Below, piece by piece: positions 28,416-36,146 of a stretch of DNA of 39,847 nt; the stretch's first letter is position 1, and each line of letters starts with the position of its first letter. Source of the DNA: a virus (Duplodnaviria; Caudoviricetes); the IMG/VR virus record IMGVR_UViG_3300017913_002205, positions 1 through 39,847 of that record. One strand, 5' to 3'. The position numbers and the translations under genes are program-made. Below the pieces are notes generated by a model. It did no database searches. It was given only the letters and a program-made list of their open reading frames with translations, and was not told the DNA's origin.

Positions 28416-28840
28416 AAAATCTTTTTTCTGTCCAACCTTTCGTACCTTTGGTAGTTACTCACAATCTCCTGACCTTCTCTTATGTCTCTGGTAGTTAAAC
28501 GAGTATCTTTATCAAAGTTATGATTTTTTCCGCTATTTACAAAATAGTAAGGTGTGGTATGTATCCAATGACACCCTTTAGTCAACCATACATGAGTATC
28601 TGAATTAGAAGGAAAGTCTGGGCCATATAAAAAAATGCTCTTTACATGGTGGTAAAGATCATATGGAAGAGTTTTAAGAAGTTCCTCTGCTATTGGGTAA
28701 TTTCCCGTTTCACCTAACCAAGGTTCAAATATCTTAGACGAGCAAGGGATGTCACGTACTGCAAACACCCCTACTCCTGATATTCTGCTTGGCTTTAATC
28801 TAGTAAAAACTTTACTAGAAATATAACCAAATGCATCCAT
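28412..28840 (-). CDS. SET-domain methyltransferase
   Basis: LKPSRISGVGVFAVRDIP, YFVNS (variant of NHS), TRDIREGQEIVSNY. Confidence 0.8.
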   Translation of the reverse strand: MDAFGYISSKVFTRLKPSRISGVGVFAVRDIPCSSKIFEPWLGETGNYPIAEELLKTLPYDLYHHVKSIFLYGPDFPSNSDTHVWLTKGCHWIHTTPYYFVNSGKNHNFDKDTRLTTRDIREGQEIVSNYQRYERLDRKKIL

Positions 28841-28983
28841 TATGTGTGCTTAGCAGCAAATAATTCAAAAAATTTATTAAGTGTAGTATTTATTGAGCTA
28901 GCTTCGGCATCTGTTACAGACGTAGTGTTTCTATTAACTGCTTGAGATGCTGTTACTTTTTTATAAAGTGTTGGTGTGTTCAT
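28840..28983 (-). CDS. 47-aa Ser/Thr-rich peptide (not in ORF track)
   Basis: MNTPTLYKKVTASQAVNRNTTSVTDAEASSINTTLNKFFELFAAKHT*. It starts 3 bp after the upstream stop and ends in a TAATG overlap with the SET gene. Confidence 0.75.
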   Translation of the reverse strand: MNTPTLYKKVTASQAVNRNTTSVTDAEASSINTTLNKFFELFAAKHT

Positions 28984-28986
28984 ATC

Positions 28987-31338
28987 TTACTTATTATGTG
29001 CTACAATATTTCCAGCAATATAGTTATGGTATTCTTCAACAGTAAAGTTGTAAACAGGTGTATCAGCTGGTGTTGATACTTGGTTAATTACCTCTACCTC
29101 TATCCATTCATTATCTTTTGTATTGAAAATAAAATCTCCCACTTCTAACTTTGAAGCCTCTCCTGATGAAGCATAAGGTTCCTGGTTAGGATCTGGTACT
29201 AATGACTTCCAACCTTCTTTAGTCAAGAAAGGATGTTCTGGTGTAAACTTCAATGCATCATAGTCGTTAAAATAATACACTGAAGTATCGTCGCCAAGTA
29301 CTTTACATGCCTCAGCATGATCTCCAACTGTATGACTATGATCTACTGCTGTTACATTACCGTGTACGATTTCACCATCTACATACGATTGTACTATATC
29401 TCCAACTGCAATATCTTGAATAAACTTATAGGAACCATCAGATAAAGTAATTTTCGTGTCAGCTACAAAACAAGTAGGGTCTCCTCTGTTGTGAGCTAAA
29501 CGTTGGTAAACGTAGTAATTATGGTTATCTTTTACTTGACGTAAGTTATAAACTACCTTTTCGTCGTTTTTAATTTCTATTTTAACTATTTTAGCAACTG
29601 TACCATCAGCTTTGAGTATCTCACATCCAATAGAAATAAGCTTAACATCTAAATCGTACTTATCTTTAGAATAATCTGGATCGCTAGATACCCAACCGTG
29701 AACGTTACAGTATAGTGGGTGGTCTAATGTAGCTTCGATAGTAGTACCGTCATCAAATGTATACTCAACTGTTTTACTAACTACCTTAGAGGTAATTGCT
29801 TCAACTGGTTTGGCTTCATTTACCTTAGCTACAAAATTATAAGTAAGTACTTCATCTCCTACCTTGATATCCTCTATTGATTTAGAACTACCATCTGGTA
29901 AAGAAATTTGTGTACCTTCTACAAAGCAAGGAGCATTGTGAGCAACAATAGAGTTAATAGCAGATGAACCACTTAAGATAATTGTATCTGTGTCTTCAAC
30001 ATCTAATTCAACTACATTAATATCTGTGTCTGTAGTAACGTAAAAATTTACTTCATCTATATCTACTAAGTCACCTGATCTATTAACAAAATAATGAACG
30101 TCTGCTTCAAGATCTACTGCAGGTTCGAACTTCATTACATTTGACTGAGAGTTGTAAACTAAAAAGTCTTTTCCGGAACCAGCAAAAACTATGTCACCAT
30201 TCACATCAAGTTCGATTAAAGCACCGTACTTTAACTTAGTTGTATCTGAAAATACCACATCTGATGATGTTAAATATGATCCAGAAGGAAACGTTGAACC
30301 GCTAACTCCCCATGAAAATACTTCTGCATCATTTTCAGTCATTGGAGACCCTGAAACATAGTATGAAGCAAGCTTATCTCCTACAGAAGCTGATTGCATT
30401 TCAACAAATGTACCATCTGCATATTCTACTTCATGAGAGCCTAATAAACCTCTGTTAGATCTTTTAACAAAGTTAGTAGTGTACTCATAGAAGTGTTCGT
30501 CACCTAATTTATTAGTGTACCTAGATGATGTATATTCCGGAAGAGATGTTGGATGATCAAAGACAGCACAAACCCTGTAATTAAGGATGTTTATCCAATC
30601 TAAATTTGATCCGTAAACAATACCAAACTGACGAATGGATGTAATTTTGTTACCATCTAAAGAAGATGAATGAAAATTAAACTTTTCAATTAACTTATCA
30701 TCTGCCTTGTTCTCAGCAATAAATGCATCCCATCTAGCTTGATCTGATTCTCCACTTGTTTCCGAACCGATCTTAAAAAAGTCGATTGGGTTAAATGATT
30801 GATCAACATCTTTTATGACTGCATCTGGAAGGCCATCGCCGTTAAAAGAAGGGGTCAAAGTATTGTACACCGTACCGTCAGACGATGAATGATAGTACTC
30901 AGAAGTGTATGTATTTGTACCGTCACCACTTGCAGAGGTAAATAAGTTAAATACATTAAGTCTGTTCTTAGCATATGTACTATCGAATATTGCCGATTCA
31001 TCATATGCTAGTCTTAAAATAAATTTATTACTTGCATCATCTACTGTTACAGGGTAAATTACATTACGATCCTCAGGATGTTCGTATATATTAGTAATAA
31101 ACGTAGCATCTGTGTTTAAGATCGATTTTATCTTTGCAAGTATGTTTCTGTGAATAACTGGTTTGTAAATAATGTCTACAGAAGTAATATTATTATCAGA
31201 CATAACACTAATCCATCCAGATAAGTCTAGATCAGATAAAGCATCTGTTAAAAATGCAGTATCTGTGTTAAGTTCTAATAATCTAAGATTCTCTGATGAG
31301 TCTTTTACAAAATCAGCCGAAAATAAGGTACCTTTCAT
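28987..31338 (-). CDS. Circularly permuted ATP-grasp-like domain fused to three tandem Hint (intein-like) domains
   Basis: N-terminal region has ADFVKDSSENLRLLELNTD, PDAVIKD, LIEKF and SIRQFGIV. Hint1 about aa297-468 (degenerate), Hint2 C471-N617 (CFVEGT, TLDH, LAHN), Hint3 C623-N782 (CFVADT, TPEH, VYNFTV, VAHN). Confidence 0.8.
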   Translation of the reverse strand: MKGTLFSADFVKDSSENLRLLELNTDTAFLTDALSDLDLSGWISVMSDNNITSVDIIYKPVIHRNILAKIKSILNTDATFITNIYEHPEDRNVIYPVTVDDASNKFILRLAYDESAIFDSTYAKNRLNVFNLFTSASGDGTNTYTSEYYHSSSDGTVYNTLTPSFNGDGLPDAVIKDVDQSFNPIDFFKIGSETSGESDQARWDAFIAENKADDKLIEKFNFHSSSLDGNKITSIRQFGIVYGSNLDWINILNYRVCAVFDHPTSLPEYTSSRYTNKLGDEHFYEYTTNFVKRSNRGLLGSHEVEYADGTFVEMQSASVGDKLASYYVSGSPMTENDAEVFSWGVSGSTFPSGSYLTSSDVVFSDTTKLKYGALIELDVNGDIVFAGSGKDFLVYNSQSNVMKFEPAVDLEADVHYFVNRSGDLVDIDEVNFYVTTDTDINVVELDVEDTDTIILSGSSAINSIVAHNAPCFVEGTQISLPDGSSKSIEDIKVGDEVLTYNFVAKVNEAKPVEAITSKVVSKTVEYTFDDGTTIEATLDHPLYCNVHGWVSSDPDYSKDKYDLDVKLISIGCEILKADGTVAKIVKIEIKNDEKVVYNLRQVKDNHNYYVYQRLAHNRGDPTCFVADTKITLSDGSYKFIQDIAVGDIVQSYVDGEIVHGNVTAVDHSHTVGDHAEACKVLGDDTSVYYFNDYDALKFTPEHPFLTKEGWKSLVPDPNQEPYASSGEASKLEVGDFIFNTKDNEWIEVEVINQVSTPADTPVYNFTVEEYHNYIAGNIVAHNK

Positions 31339-31369
31339 AGTCCGGTTTATAAGTTTATCTAGATTTATT

Positions 31370-31377
31370 AATAAATA
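31370..31377 (-). promoter_or_regulatory. Putative late-type motif TATTTATT
   Basis: In the gap upstream of the Hint gene, and similar to the motif preceding structural genes. Confidence 0.4.
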
Positions 31378-31385
31378 TCATGTTG

Positions 31386-31736
31386 TTAAGTAAATATGTA
31401 AGCTCCATAGCCAATTAGTAGGTTAAAATTTACTACGACTAGGTTCCATTGCTTGGCTATCCAAACTTGGGGAAGAGATAGAAGAGCTCCTGCTATGTAA
31501 GTGTAAGCTCCAATATTATCATACGGTAGTAAATAAGGTGACATCATAATAAAAGATGTACCCATATAACCTAACCTGTTACCAATTCGTTCAACCGGAG
31601 ATAACTTACGTTGTTTAACTAAGTAACGTAAGAAGGACCTGTACCATCTAAACTCACAATGACGGCAGGTCTTTTTCTTTTTACTCTTAAAAAATATCTC
31701 AGGTCTTTTCTGGTTGCATACGTTACACTTTCTCAT
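31386..31736 (-). CDS. Zn-ribbon plus membrane-domain protein
   Basis: CNVC...CRHC followed by 2-3 hydrophobic helices. Confidence 0.65.
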   Translation of the reverse strand: MRKCNVCNQKRPEIFFKSKKKKTCRHCEFRWYRSFLRYLVKQRKLSPVERIGNRLGYMGTSFIMMSPYLLPYDNIGAYTYIAGALLSLPQVWIAKQWNLVVVNFNLLIGYGAYIFT

Positions 31737-31857
31737 AACATTCCTTGCAGAGTTGTCCTGCTCCTTCTATGTAACCATGTCTATAGTAAATGTTGTCATT
31801 AAATCGATACTCTGTATCTGTGCCACAACTTACACATTTTTCAATTGGATTGTTCAT
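31723..31857 (-). CDS. 44-aa Zn-ribbon peptide (not in ORF track)
   Basis: MNNPIEKCVSCGTDTEYRFNDNIYYRHGYIEGAGQLCKECYEKV*, CxxC...CxxC. Confidence 0.7.
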   Translation of the reverse strand: MNNPIEKCVSCGTDTEYRFNDNIYYRHGYIEGAGQLCKECYEKV

Positions 31858-31864
31858 AACTTAT

Positions 31865-32014
31865 TTAATTTTCCCAGTAATCATTTACAAGGTGTTCACC
31901 AAATATTGCTACAGATATTTTCTGTACCATATCCATGTACTCAACAAATGTAAGATCATCTCTCTCCTTGCTGATGGTAATTTCCTCGTCGTAATGTTTA
32001 ACTGATATTTTCAT
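31865..32014 (-). CDS. Small hypothetical protein
   Basis: MKISVKHYDEEITISKERDDLTF... Start shortened from the track ORF to reduce overlap. Confidence 0.55.
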   Translation of the reverse strand: MKISVKHYDEEITISKERDDLTFVEYMDMVQKISVAIFGEHLVNDYWEN

Positions 32015-32171
32015 TACAACTGTCTTTATGTTTATTAAACCAACCTCCACACTTACATTTAATATAGTATGCTGTAGTTGCTATTAGCGGTGAGCTAGCA
32101 AAGGCAGTCCAAATGTTTGGATGCCAATGCTCACCGCATATACCTAACGTATGCTTTATAACTTCTACCAT
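31998..32171 (-). CDS. 57-aa Cys/His-containing peptide (not in ORF track)
   Basis: MVEVIKHTLGICGEHWHPNIWTAFASSPLIATTAYYIKCKCGGWFNKHKDSCNENIS*. It fills the gap with overlaps at both ends. Confidence 0.55.
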   Translation of the reverse strand: MVEVIKHTLGICGEHWHPNIWTAFASSPLIATTAYYIKCKCGGWFNKHKDSCNENIS

Positions 32172-32539
32172 AATAGTTTCTTACGAAGTGCTCTTCTTTT
32201 ATTACCGTACTGATCGATTCTGTAATCTAAAGTACTTTTGTAACTCCTTACTCTCTTAAGATGGAATTTAAGAACTGAATATAATCTATCTCCTCTCATC
32301 TGTCTTTTAGAAAAGCCTCCGTTGCCTTTATCCACAGCATCATAATACCATTCGTTATATTGCTTTTCTCTTTCTTTACATAGCCAAATACAGTAGTTTA
32401 AGCCTTCTTTTTCTTCAACTAATTTAGATATTTTTTTATTCTTAAACTTACCAAATGTTAACTTATAATTGTCATTTCTCCTTCTAACATCTGCTTTTCC
32501 TTCTTTAACTGCTTGAGAATGGTTCATAACTTCTACCAT
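32165..32539 (-). CDS. Hypothetical protein with FGK motif (DUF3820/ExoX C-terminal-like)
   Basis: LTFGKFKNKKISKL...NYCIWL. Confidence 0.6.
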   Translation of the reverse strand: MVEVMNHSQAVKEGKADVRRRNDNYKLTFGKFKNKKISKLVEEKEGLNYCIWLCKEREKQYNEWYYDAVDKGNGGFSKRQMRGDRLYSVLKFHLKRVRSYKSTLDYRIDQYGNKRRALRKKLLW

Positions 32540-33123
32540 TATTCAAAAAAACTATAAGATTCTCCACCTCTATTGCCGACAACCCAGTCGATAAACTTCT
32601 GGATATCTTCTTTAAGGTAAACTGATAATCTTCCTTTGCGTCCTGCAATTGCTTTAGTTCCTACAGTTCTAATAACATTATCAGTTTCTTTTTCGAATTT
32701 CCAAATCATATTATCGATAGATCTTTTAGCATATGTATAACCAACTGCATCTGACAAAAGATTTATAATTTGATACTTATCAACTACATCTGAAGGTTTG
32801 TACCCTTTTCTGGTTCGAGTAGAAGTTTTAACTGCTTCTGATTCGTAAAAAATTGCAAAAGCTCTCTCAGAATGGTAAAGACGCTCTTGAAATCCTTTCT
32901 TCCACTCATTCTGTAACCAAGGACTGATTTCAGTGATTTTCTTGCCCCTGTGTTTACTCCAAGGAAGAACAAAAGAACCGTCGTTCATTTTAGAGATATC
33001 TTTTTTCATATCTCTAATAGCTGCATAAAGATATGCTTTTCTATCGCTGTTGTAAGGAAAATCGTACACATTTTCTCCTTTAAAATCGCCCATTGGCCAC
33101 TCATAATAATTTTGATCTTTCAT
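32539..33123 (-). CDS. Hypothetical protein
   Basis: 194 aa. LPWSKHRGKKITEI resembles the same FGK-type motif. Confidence 0.65.
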   Translation of the reverse strand: MKDQNYYEWPMGDFKGENVYDFPYNSDRKAYLYAAIRDMKKDISKMNDGSFVLPWSKHRGKKITEISPWLQNEWKKGFQERLYHSERAFAIFYESEAVKTSTRTRKGYKPSDVVDKYQIINLLSDAVGYTYAKRSIDNMIWKFEKETDNVIRTVGTKAIAGRKGRLSVYLKEDIQKFIDWVVGNRGGESYSFFE

Positions 33124-33150
33124 GTAACCTAGTTTTAAAATTAATATTCT

Positions 33151-33182
33151 ATAATATAGTAAAAAAAGTTGTAACTACCACC
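33151..33182 (-). promoter_or_regulatory. Promoter variant GGTG-N20-TATATTAT
   Basis: Exact spacer, one mismatch in each element. Confidence 0.55.
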
Positions 33183-33183
33183 C

Positions 33184-34011
33184 CTATACTAGGGAGGTAG
33201 CTAACTTAAACAACTTTTTATTTACTTCCATATCCTTTTCGAAAGACTTAATCTTTCTAACCTTTCTAACTTTAGCACCTTTTAATGCAGCATGAAACTC
33301 TCCTTGAGTAATCTTTTCTTGAACTACGTTAAATACTCTCCATAGATCGTTTCCTTTATCCTCATCACGTTTAGGATCTAAAATATCATCAATAGTCTCT
33401 TCATCATAGTCAAGAGTCTTAACTCCTGCTCTAATAAGCATAGCATCTAAAGCAAGTTTTCTCTTCTCATCTTCAGTTAAGATTCTATTCTTCATATCGT
33501 TCATAATCTGAACTTTATTAGGGAGATCTTCCACAGCTTGTTTAACTACATTACGTAACTCTTCAAAAGTATATCCTTTATGCTTAATCTTAAAGTCACT
33601 AAACTGCTCATCAGCTACCACTAAACCATTTGAACATACTAGTCTAAATATACCAACACTAAACTTAAATGCTTGCATACCATCGTGACTATTAGTCAAT
33701 AAAATTCTAGGGTAAGCATTATCTCCATCCTCAGAAGTAATCTGAATATCAGGATTCTGAAAAGCAACCATATGCTTTGAAAAGATAGTACCTTCTTTCT
33801 TTCTAGATTTACGTTGAGCAGCCTGAACAGGTTTCCATCCTAACTTATCTAAATCATCAATAATAGTCTCTGTATTAACAAACAAATACTTTTTACTTAA
33901 ATCTGGATTAGTAGGAGCATCAGCAAAAATAAGAGGAGCTGAATTTCTAATTTGATCTTTGGTAAGGTATCCATCTAAACCTTTACCGAAACTTAACATA
34001 ACGTCACTCAT
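33184..34011 (-). CDS. DUF932/DUF945-family phage/plasmid protein
   Basis: KHMVAF, ILLTNSHDG, GIFRLVCSNGLV, DLWRVFNVVQE. Confidence 0.85.
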   Translation of the reverse strand: MSDVMLSFGKGLDGYLTKDQIRNSAPLIFADAPTNPDLSKKYLFVNTETIIDDLDKLGWKPVQAAQRKSRKKEGTIFSKHMVAFQNPDIQITSEDGDNAYPRILLTNSHDGMQAFKFSVGIFRLVCSNGLVVADEQFSDFKIKHKGYTFEELRNVVKQAVEDLPNKVQIMNDMKNRILTEDEKRKLALDAMLIRAGVKTLDYDEETIDDILDPKRDEDKGNDLWRVFNVVQEKITQGEFHAALKGAKVRKVRKIKSFEKDMEVNKKLFKLATSLV

Positions 34012-34040
34012 AATATAACCTTTAACTTTTTATTTATACT

Positions 34041-34072
34041 TAAATATAGGCATAAAAATTGTAACTCACAAC
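34041..34072 (-). promoter_or_regulatory. Promoter GTTG-N20-TATATTTA
   Basis: Exact motif. Confidence 0.75.
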
Positions 34073-34076
34073 TTTT

Positions 34077-34373
34077 TTACCAACTTTTTGCTGCTTCAAG
34101 AAGCTTCCAACAATCAATCTGCTCATCCGGAAGTTCATTAGCATGTAAATGCTCTAAACAACTCTCTAAAGCATTAACCCATTGACTCTTAGGTAAACTG
34201 ATTTCGTATAAAGTGTCAACGTCGTCAAACTGTAACTCAAACAATTGAGCAGTTCTTTTATTAGCTTGCATAGCTTTTTCTACTCCTTGAACTATACCTC
34301 TAGTAACTGCTAAAGTCTTATTTTTAAATAGACCTTCAAACTCTTCTGTGGAACTAAAATTTAAACGTATCAT
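34077..34373 (-). CDS. Hypothetical protein
   Basis: 98 aa, ATGA-coupled to the upstream gene. Confidence 0.65.
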   Translation of the reverse strand: MIRLNFSSTEEFEGLFKNKTLAVTRGIVQGVEKAMQANKRTAQLFELQFDDVDTLYEISLPKSQWVNALESCLEHLHANELPDEQIDCWKLLEAAKSW

Positions 34374-34711
34374 ACTCTTACTTTACTACCTGATTGATTT
34401 TCTTCGTATTGCTCTTGAAAATATTTAGAGGTTTCACTTTCAACAAACGTCTCAGTACCTTTGTAAGGAACGTAGTTATTCGTACCCCACATAAAGACAG
34501 GTCCATGGTACTCTTCAGTAATCATCGGTACGTTATAAATCTCGTTTTTACCTTGAGGTTTTACAGGTTTAGTATACCGTCTAGGACCATCAAAAGATCT
34601 AAACTCTCTTGAAGTAACTCTATACCATTTTCCTTTTATACTAATTTCCAACACTGCAGCAGTATCGAAATCGTAATGCATTTTTACTAAATGACCTCGT
34701 TTTTCTGACAT
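34370..34711 (-). CDS. Hypothetical protein
   Basis: 113 aa, WYRVTSREFRSFDGPRR, with an AAAGGTTATG leader. Confidence 0.7.
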   Translation of the reverse strand: MSEKRGHLVKMHYDFDTAAVLEISIKGKWYRVTSREFRSFDGPRRYTKPVKPQGKNEIYNVPMITEEYHGPVFMWGTNNYVPYKGTETFVESETSKYFQEQYEENQSGSKVRV

Positions 34712-34733
34712 AACCTTTACTTTTATATTTAAC

Positions 34734-34765
34734 TAAATATAAGAACTTTATTTCGTAACTCCAAA
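34734..34765 (-). promoter_or_regulatory. Promoter TTTG-N20-TATATTTA
   Basis: Exact spacer. TTTG equals the canonical Bacteroidota -33 element. Confidence 0.7.
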
Positions 34766-35317
34766 TATTTTCTTAGCTTTTGGTAAAATACTTTTGATCA
34801 TTTTATCATACTCTGGATGTTCAGCATATCTAGCATTTACATAATCTATATACTGATCTTCATCTTTAATATCTGAAAGATACTCTGAGTAATAGAGAGC
34901 ATAATCATATAGTGATTCCTTCCAGTTATTATAGTAGGCATGTTTATGCTGTGTACCAACAGCTAAGTGGGCTCTAATCTGAGCTTCTTTCATTCCGAAT
35001 AGATTGTTGTTCTCTCGGTAGATTCTTGACGTCCATGCTCCAGTTTCGACGTAACTTTGAGCATATACGATATGAGGAAAATTAAAATTAAGACGCTTAA
35101 TTTCCTCAACGAACTTTTCTTCAGTAAATTTTGTTGCTTCATTGATTACAATATATCGTTCAACAGGTGTTAATTTTTCTACTACATCCACTCTTGCTGG
35201 ACGAGCTATTCCATACAGCATAAAAGCTGCGGTTGTTAAAGTCCATACCTTTAACCATTTAACATAACTTACTTTCTTAAAGGACAGAGAGTCCTTGTCA
35301 TACTTGTAAAGTTCCAT
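34748..35317 (-). CDS. GH73 glucosaminidase (peptidoglycan hydrolase) with N-terminal membrane anchor
   Basis: IVYAQSYVETG, NNNLFGMK, YAEHPEY, and the hydrophobic segment WLKVWTLTTAAFMLYGIA. Start placed at MELYKYD (35317). Confidence 0.8.
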   Translation of the reverse strand: MELYKYDKDSLSFKKVSYVKWLKVWTLTTAAFMLYGIARPARVDVVEKLTPVERYIVINEATKFTEEKFVEEIKRLNFNFPHIVYAQSYVETGAWTSRIYRENNNLFGMKEAQIRAHLAVGTQHKHAYYNNWKESLYDYALYYSEYLSDIKDEDQYIDYVNARYAEHPEYDKMIKSILPKAKKIFGVTK

Positions 35318-35334
35318 AAAAATATTTGTTAGAT

Positions 35335-35484
35335 TTAAAATAGATCGAGGAAAGATGAATCGATCTTTTTGTCTCTTAGTTTGTCGTTTAGTTCCGAACG
35401 TTTCACTAAATCGTCCGCTACTTTTCTTTCCAACGGCTTTCGCTTTTTCCAAGTCGAAAACTTGTTTGATTTTTTCGCAGGCAT
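35335..35484 (-). CDS. 49-aa basic peptide (not in ORF track)
   Basis: MPAKKSNKFSTWKKRKPLERKVADDLVKRSELNDKLRDKKIDSSFLDLF*, with the TATTTATA motif 3 nt upstream. Confidence 0.65.
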   Translation of the reverse strand: MPAKKSNKFSTWKKRKPLERKVADDLVKRSELNDKLRDKKIDSSFLDLF

Positions 35485-35487
35485 GTT

Positions 35488-35495
35488 TATAAATA
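35488..35495 (-). promoter_or_regulatory. Putative late promoter core TATTTATA
   Basis: CTATTTATAAACATG context. Confidence 0.45.
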
Positions 35496-35498
35496 GTT

Positions 35499-36146
35499 TT
35501 ATAACCTTGAGATATACTCTTCACCTGGTAATTTTTGTTCATCGTCATCATAAAGTCCTAGTTCTTTTAAGTGTTCTATATGGCTTTCATCCATACTCCA
35601 ATCCTTATTTTCATGAGAATGATCAACTTTTTGAGTGATATCAACTTTAATTTCAACTTTCTCTGAGCTGGTCCCATATAAGAAGTTACAGTTAAGGCAT
35701 AAAAATTCTAAATTATCTAGTTTATAATTTTTTACATCTCCATCTCTGTGACTTATAGTCAAAGGTACTTGAGTATCAGTTACTCTTCTTTCTGAAAAAC
35801 CACAACGTTCACATTTCTCTTCTTTAAGAGCTTCAAAGACTATTCTATTCTTAATTTCATTTTTGAATTTATCGTCAAAATGTTTTGGTGATGTTTCACC
35901 GTTAATGATAGCTTTAAACTCCGGAAGTTTCTTAGATGAGTATTTAGTAATACCCCTACCTTGTTGGTTTTTATGAGCCTCTAACAAAGTAACTCCTTCG
36001 TCATTCTTATACATTCTTGCATACTTCTTGTAATGTTCGTAAGAGACGTTGAGATGTCTTGCTGCATGCATATTCGACTTAGTTGCCTTCATAGCACCCA
36101 TTATGACTTCTTTAGTAAGTATCTTTGATGGACGACCTTTAGCCAT
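35499..36146 (-). CDS. HNH endonuclease-like protein with N-terminal HTH-like segment
   Basis: CERCG...LTISHRDGDVKNYKLDNLEFLCLNCN, and AARHLNVSY near the N-terminus. Confidence 0.75.
   Translation of the reverse strand: MAKGRPSKILTKEVIMGAMKATKSNMHAARHLNVSYEHYKKYARMYKNDEGVTLLEAHKNQQGRGITKYSSKKLPEFKAIINGETSPKHFDDKFKNEIKNRIVFEALKEEKCERCGFSERRVTDTQVPLTISHRDGDVKNYKLDNLEFLCLNCNFLYGTSSEKVEIKVDITQKVDHSHENKDWSMDESHIEHLKELGLYDDDEQKLPGEEYISRL

Noticed and set aside
29479-29487. RGD integrin-binding motif in the Hint linker
   Set aside because: A single tripeptide in a bacteriophage protein is expected by chance, and nothing supports a eukaryotic target.
28993-29928. Hint domains as canonical self-splicing inteins
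   Set aside because: The residues after the terminal Asn are R and K (A for Hint1), not Cys/Ser/Thr. There is no homing endonuclease and no substantial C-extein.
1874-32972. Nested minus-strand ORFs (1874, 21658, 23276, 32784)
   Set aside because: They lie out of frame inside larger genes with no recognisable features.
35318-35551. N-terminal extension of the 267-aa track ORF
   Set aside because: It overlaps the HNH gene and a better-supported 49-aa ORF in another frame that has its own upstream motif.
5316-35638. Plus-strand track ORFs other than 20044..20244 (e.g. 5316, 12412, 23050, 24194, 35369)
   Set aside because: Nearly all are antisense shadows of well-supported minus-strand genes, with no motifs or promoters.
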